The notes below the pieces were generated by a model, which was not told where the DNA came from, did no database searches, and saw only the letters and a program-made list of their open reading frames with translations. DNA of 64,000 nucleotides, from the NCBI GenBank assembly GCA_043228905.1, contig JBHGNT010000009.1, forward strand, positions 6,634,001-6,698,000. The letters run 5' to 3'. This document shows positions 63,207-64,000 of this stretch, in pieces. Within the stretch, counting starts at the first letter, position 1. Every line of letters starts with the position of its first letter. The DNA is from Azolla caroliniana. Its lineage: Eukaryota > Plantae > Polypodiophyta. A program made the position numbers and the translations under genes.

Positions 63207-63785
63207 ATGCATTTTAGCTACACCTCATTCACATGGTTCCTCATGATTATCATTGTTCTCTCGTGGTCTCTCGAACAAGTTCTTGTTCGGAGCCAAGGCC
63301 ATAGTGCCAGCCCGAAACCCCACAATGCGAACCCCAAAATCATCATCATTGGTGCTGGCATGTCAGGTAAATGCAACCATCATATTAACATCAAATTAGT
63401 TATTTCTGGAAAATCATTAATCTCACATAATTGGTCACCCTAAATGCTCTTTAGACATTAAATCTCAATTCTATGTCTTCTCAAAGTTTTTTAATGCTCT
63501 TTTCTTTCTTTCTCTCTTTTTTGGCTTATTTGTAGGAATAATGGCAGCTTCCACTCTCTCCAAGCATGGCTTCCATGATTTCTTAATCTTGGAAGCGACC
63601 GGCCGGATCGGTGGCCGTATGCACGAGAAAGAATTCGAGGGCTACATGGTCGAGCTCGGGGCGAATTGGGTGGAAGGTGTCGGCGGAGGGAAGGAGAACC
63701 CAATATGGACCCTTGCTAACCAGCACAACTTAACTGTTTCTTACTCCGATTTCGACAACATTTCGGCTAACACCTATGATCAAGA
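63207..63785 (+). CDS. PAO: Polyamine oxidase (flavin amine oxidase), first two exons; continues beyond the window
   Basis: Exon 1 63207-63366 has a hydrophobic N-terminus then PKIIIIGAGMSG (FAD-binding GxGxxG). Exon 2 63536-63785 reads IMAASTLSKHGFHDFLILEATGRIGGRM...VELGANWVEGVGG...NPIW...SDFDN. Confidence 0.92.
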
Positions 63786-63835
63786 GTGAATACCTTGACA
63801 CCAAATCATAAATCATCTAGCACAATGACATAATA

Positions 63836-63937
63836 GATACATACACACACACATACATACAAATACATAAATACATACATACACACACACCCACACATAC
63901 ATACATACATACATACATACATACATACATACATACA
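63836..63937 (+). repeat. (CATA)n/(CA)n microsatellite in PAO intron 2
   Basis: Direct reading. Confidence 0.9.
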
Positions 63938-64000
63938 AATAGATTCACACTTTGGTTATGTACATATTGCACCATGTGTATGATATATGCATTTGGATGT

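Overview
AT-rich eukaryotic (land plant) genomic DNA. The long TE-filled introns and TE types suggest a seed-free plant such as a fern, but that is inference only. Four spliced host genes were assembled by eye: an AWPM-19-like membrane protein (minus, 4 exons), SPO11-1 (plus, 15 exons over ~19 kb, first intron apparently GC-AG), a SAWADEE homeodomain homolog (SHH-like, plus, 9 exons) and the 5' part of a polyamine oxidase (plus). Most of the rest is transposon-derived: a Ty3/Gypsy gag-pol running off the left edge, a three-layer nest (RTE-like LINE > L1 LINE > solo LTR) with readable target-site duplications, a full-length Copia element in SPO11-1 intron 5, several RTE-like LINE copies with (TTTC)n tails, and AAACC-rich MITE-like elements. 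I found no clear multi-gene novel system. The most interesting signals are complementary (CTT)11/(GAA)15 tracts enclosing the SPO11-1 start codon and GC donor, a Q/N prion-like domain between Gag zinc knuckles, an L1 with a ~2 kb 3' cargo, and a conserved hairpin at the RTE 3' ends. Exon boundaries and translations were done manually and need alignment or RNA-seq confirmation.
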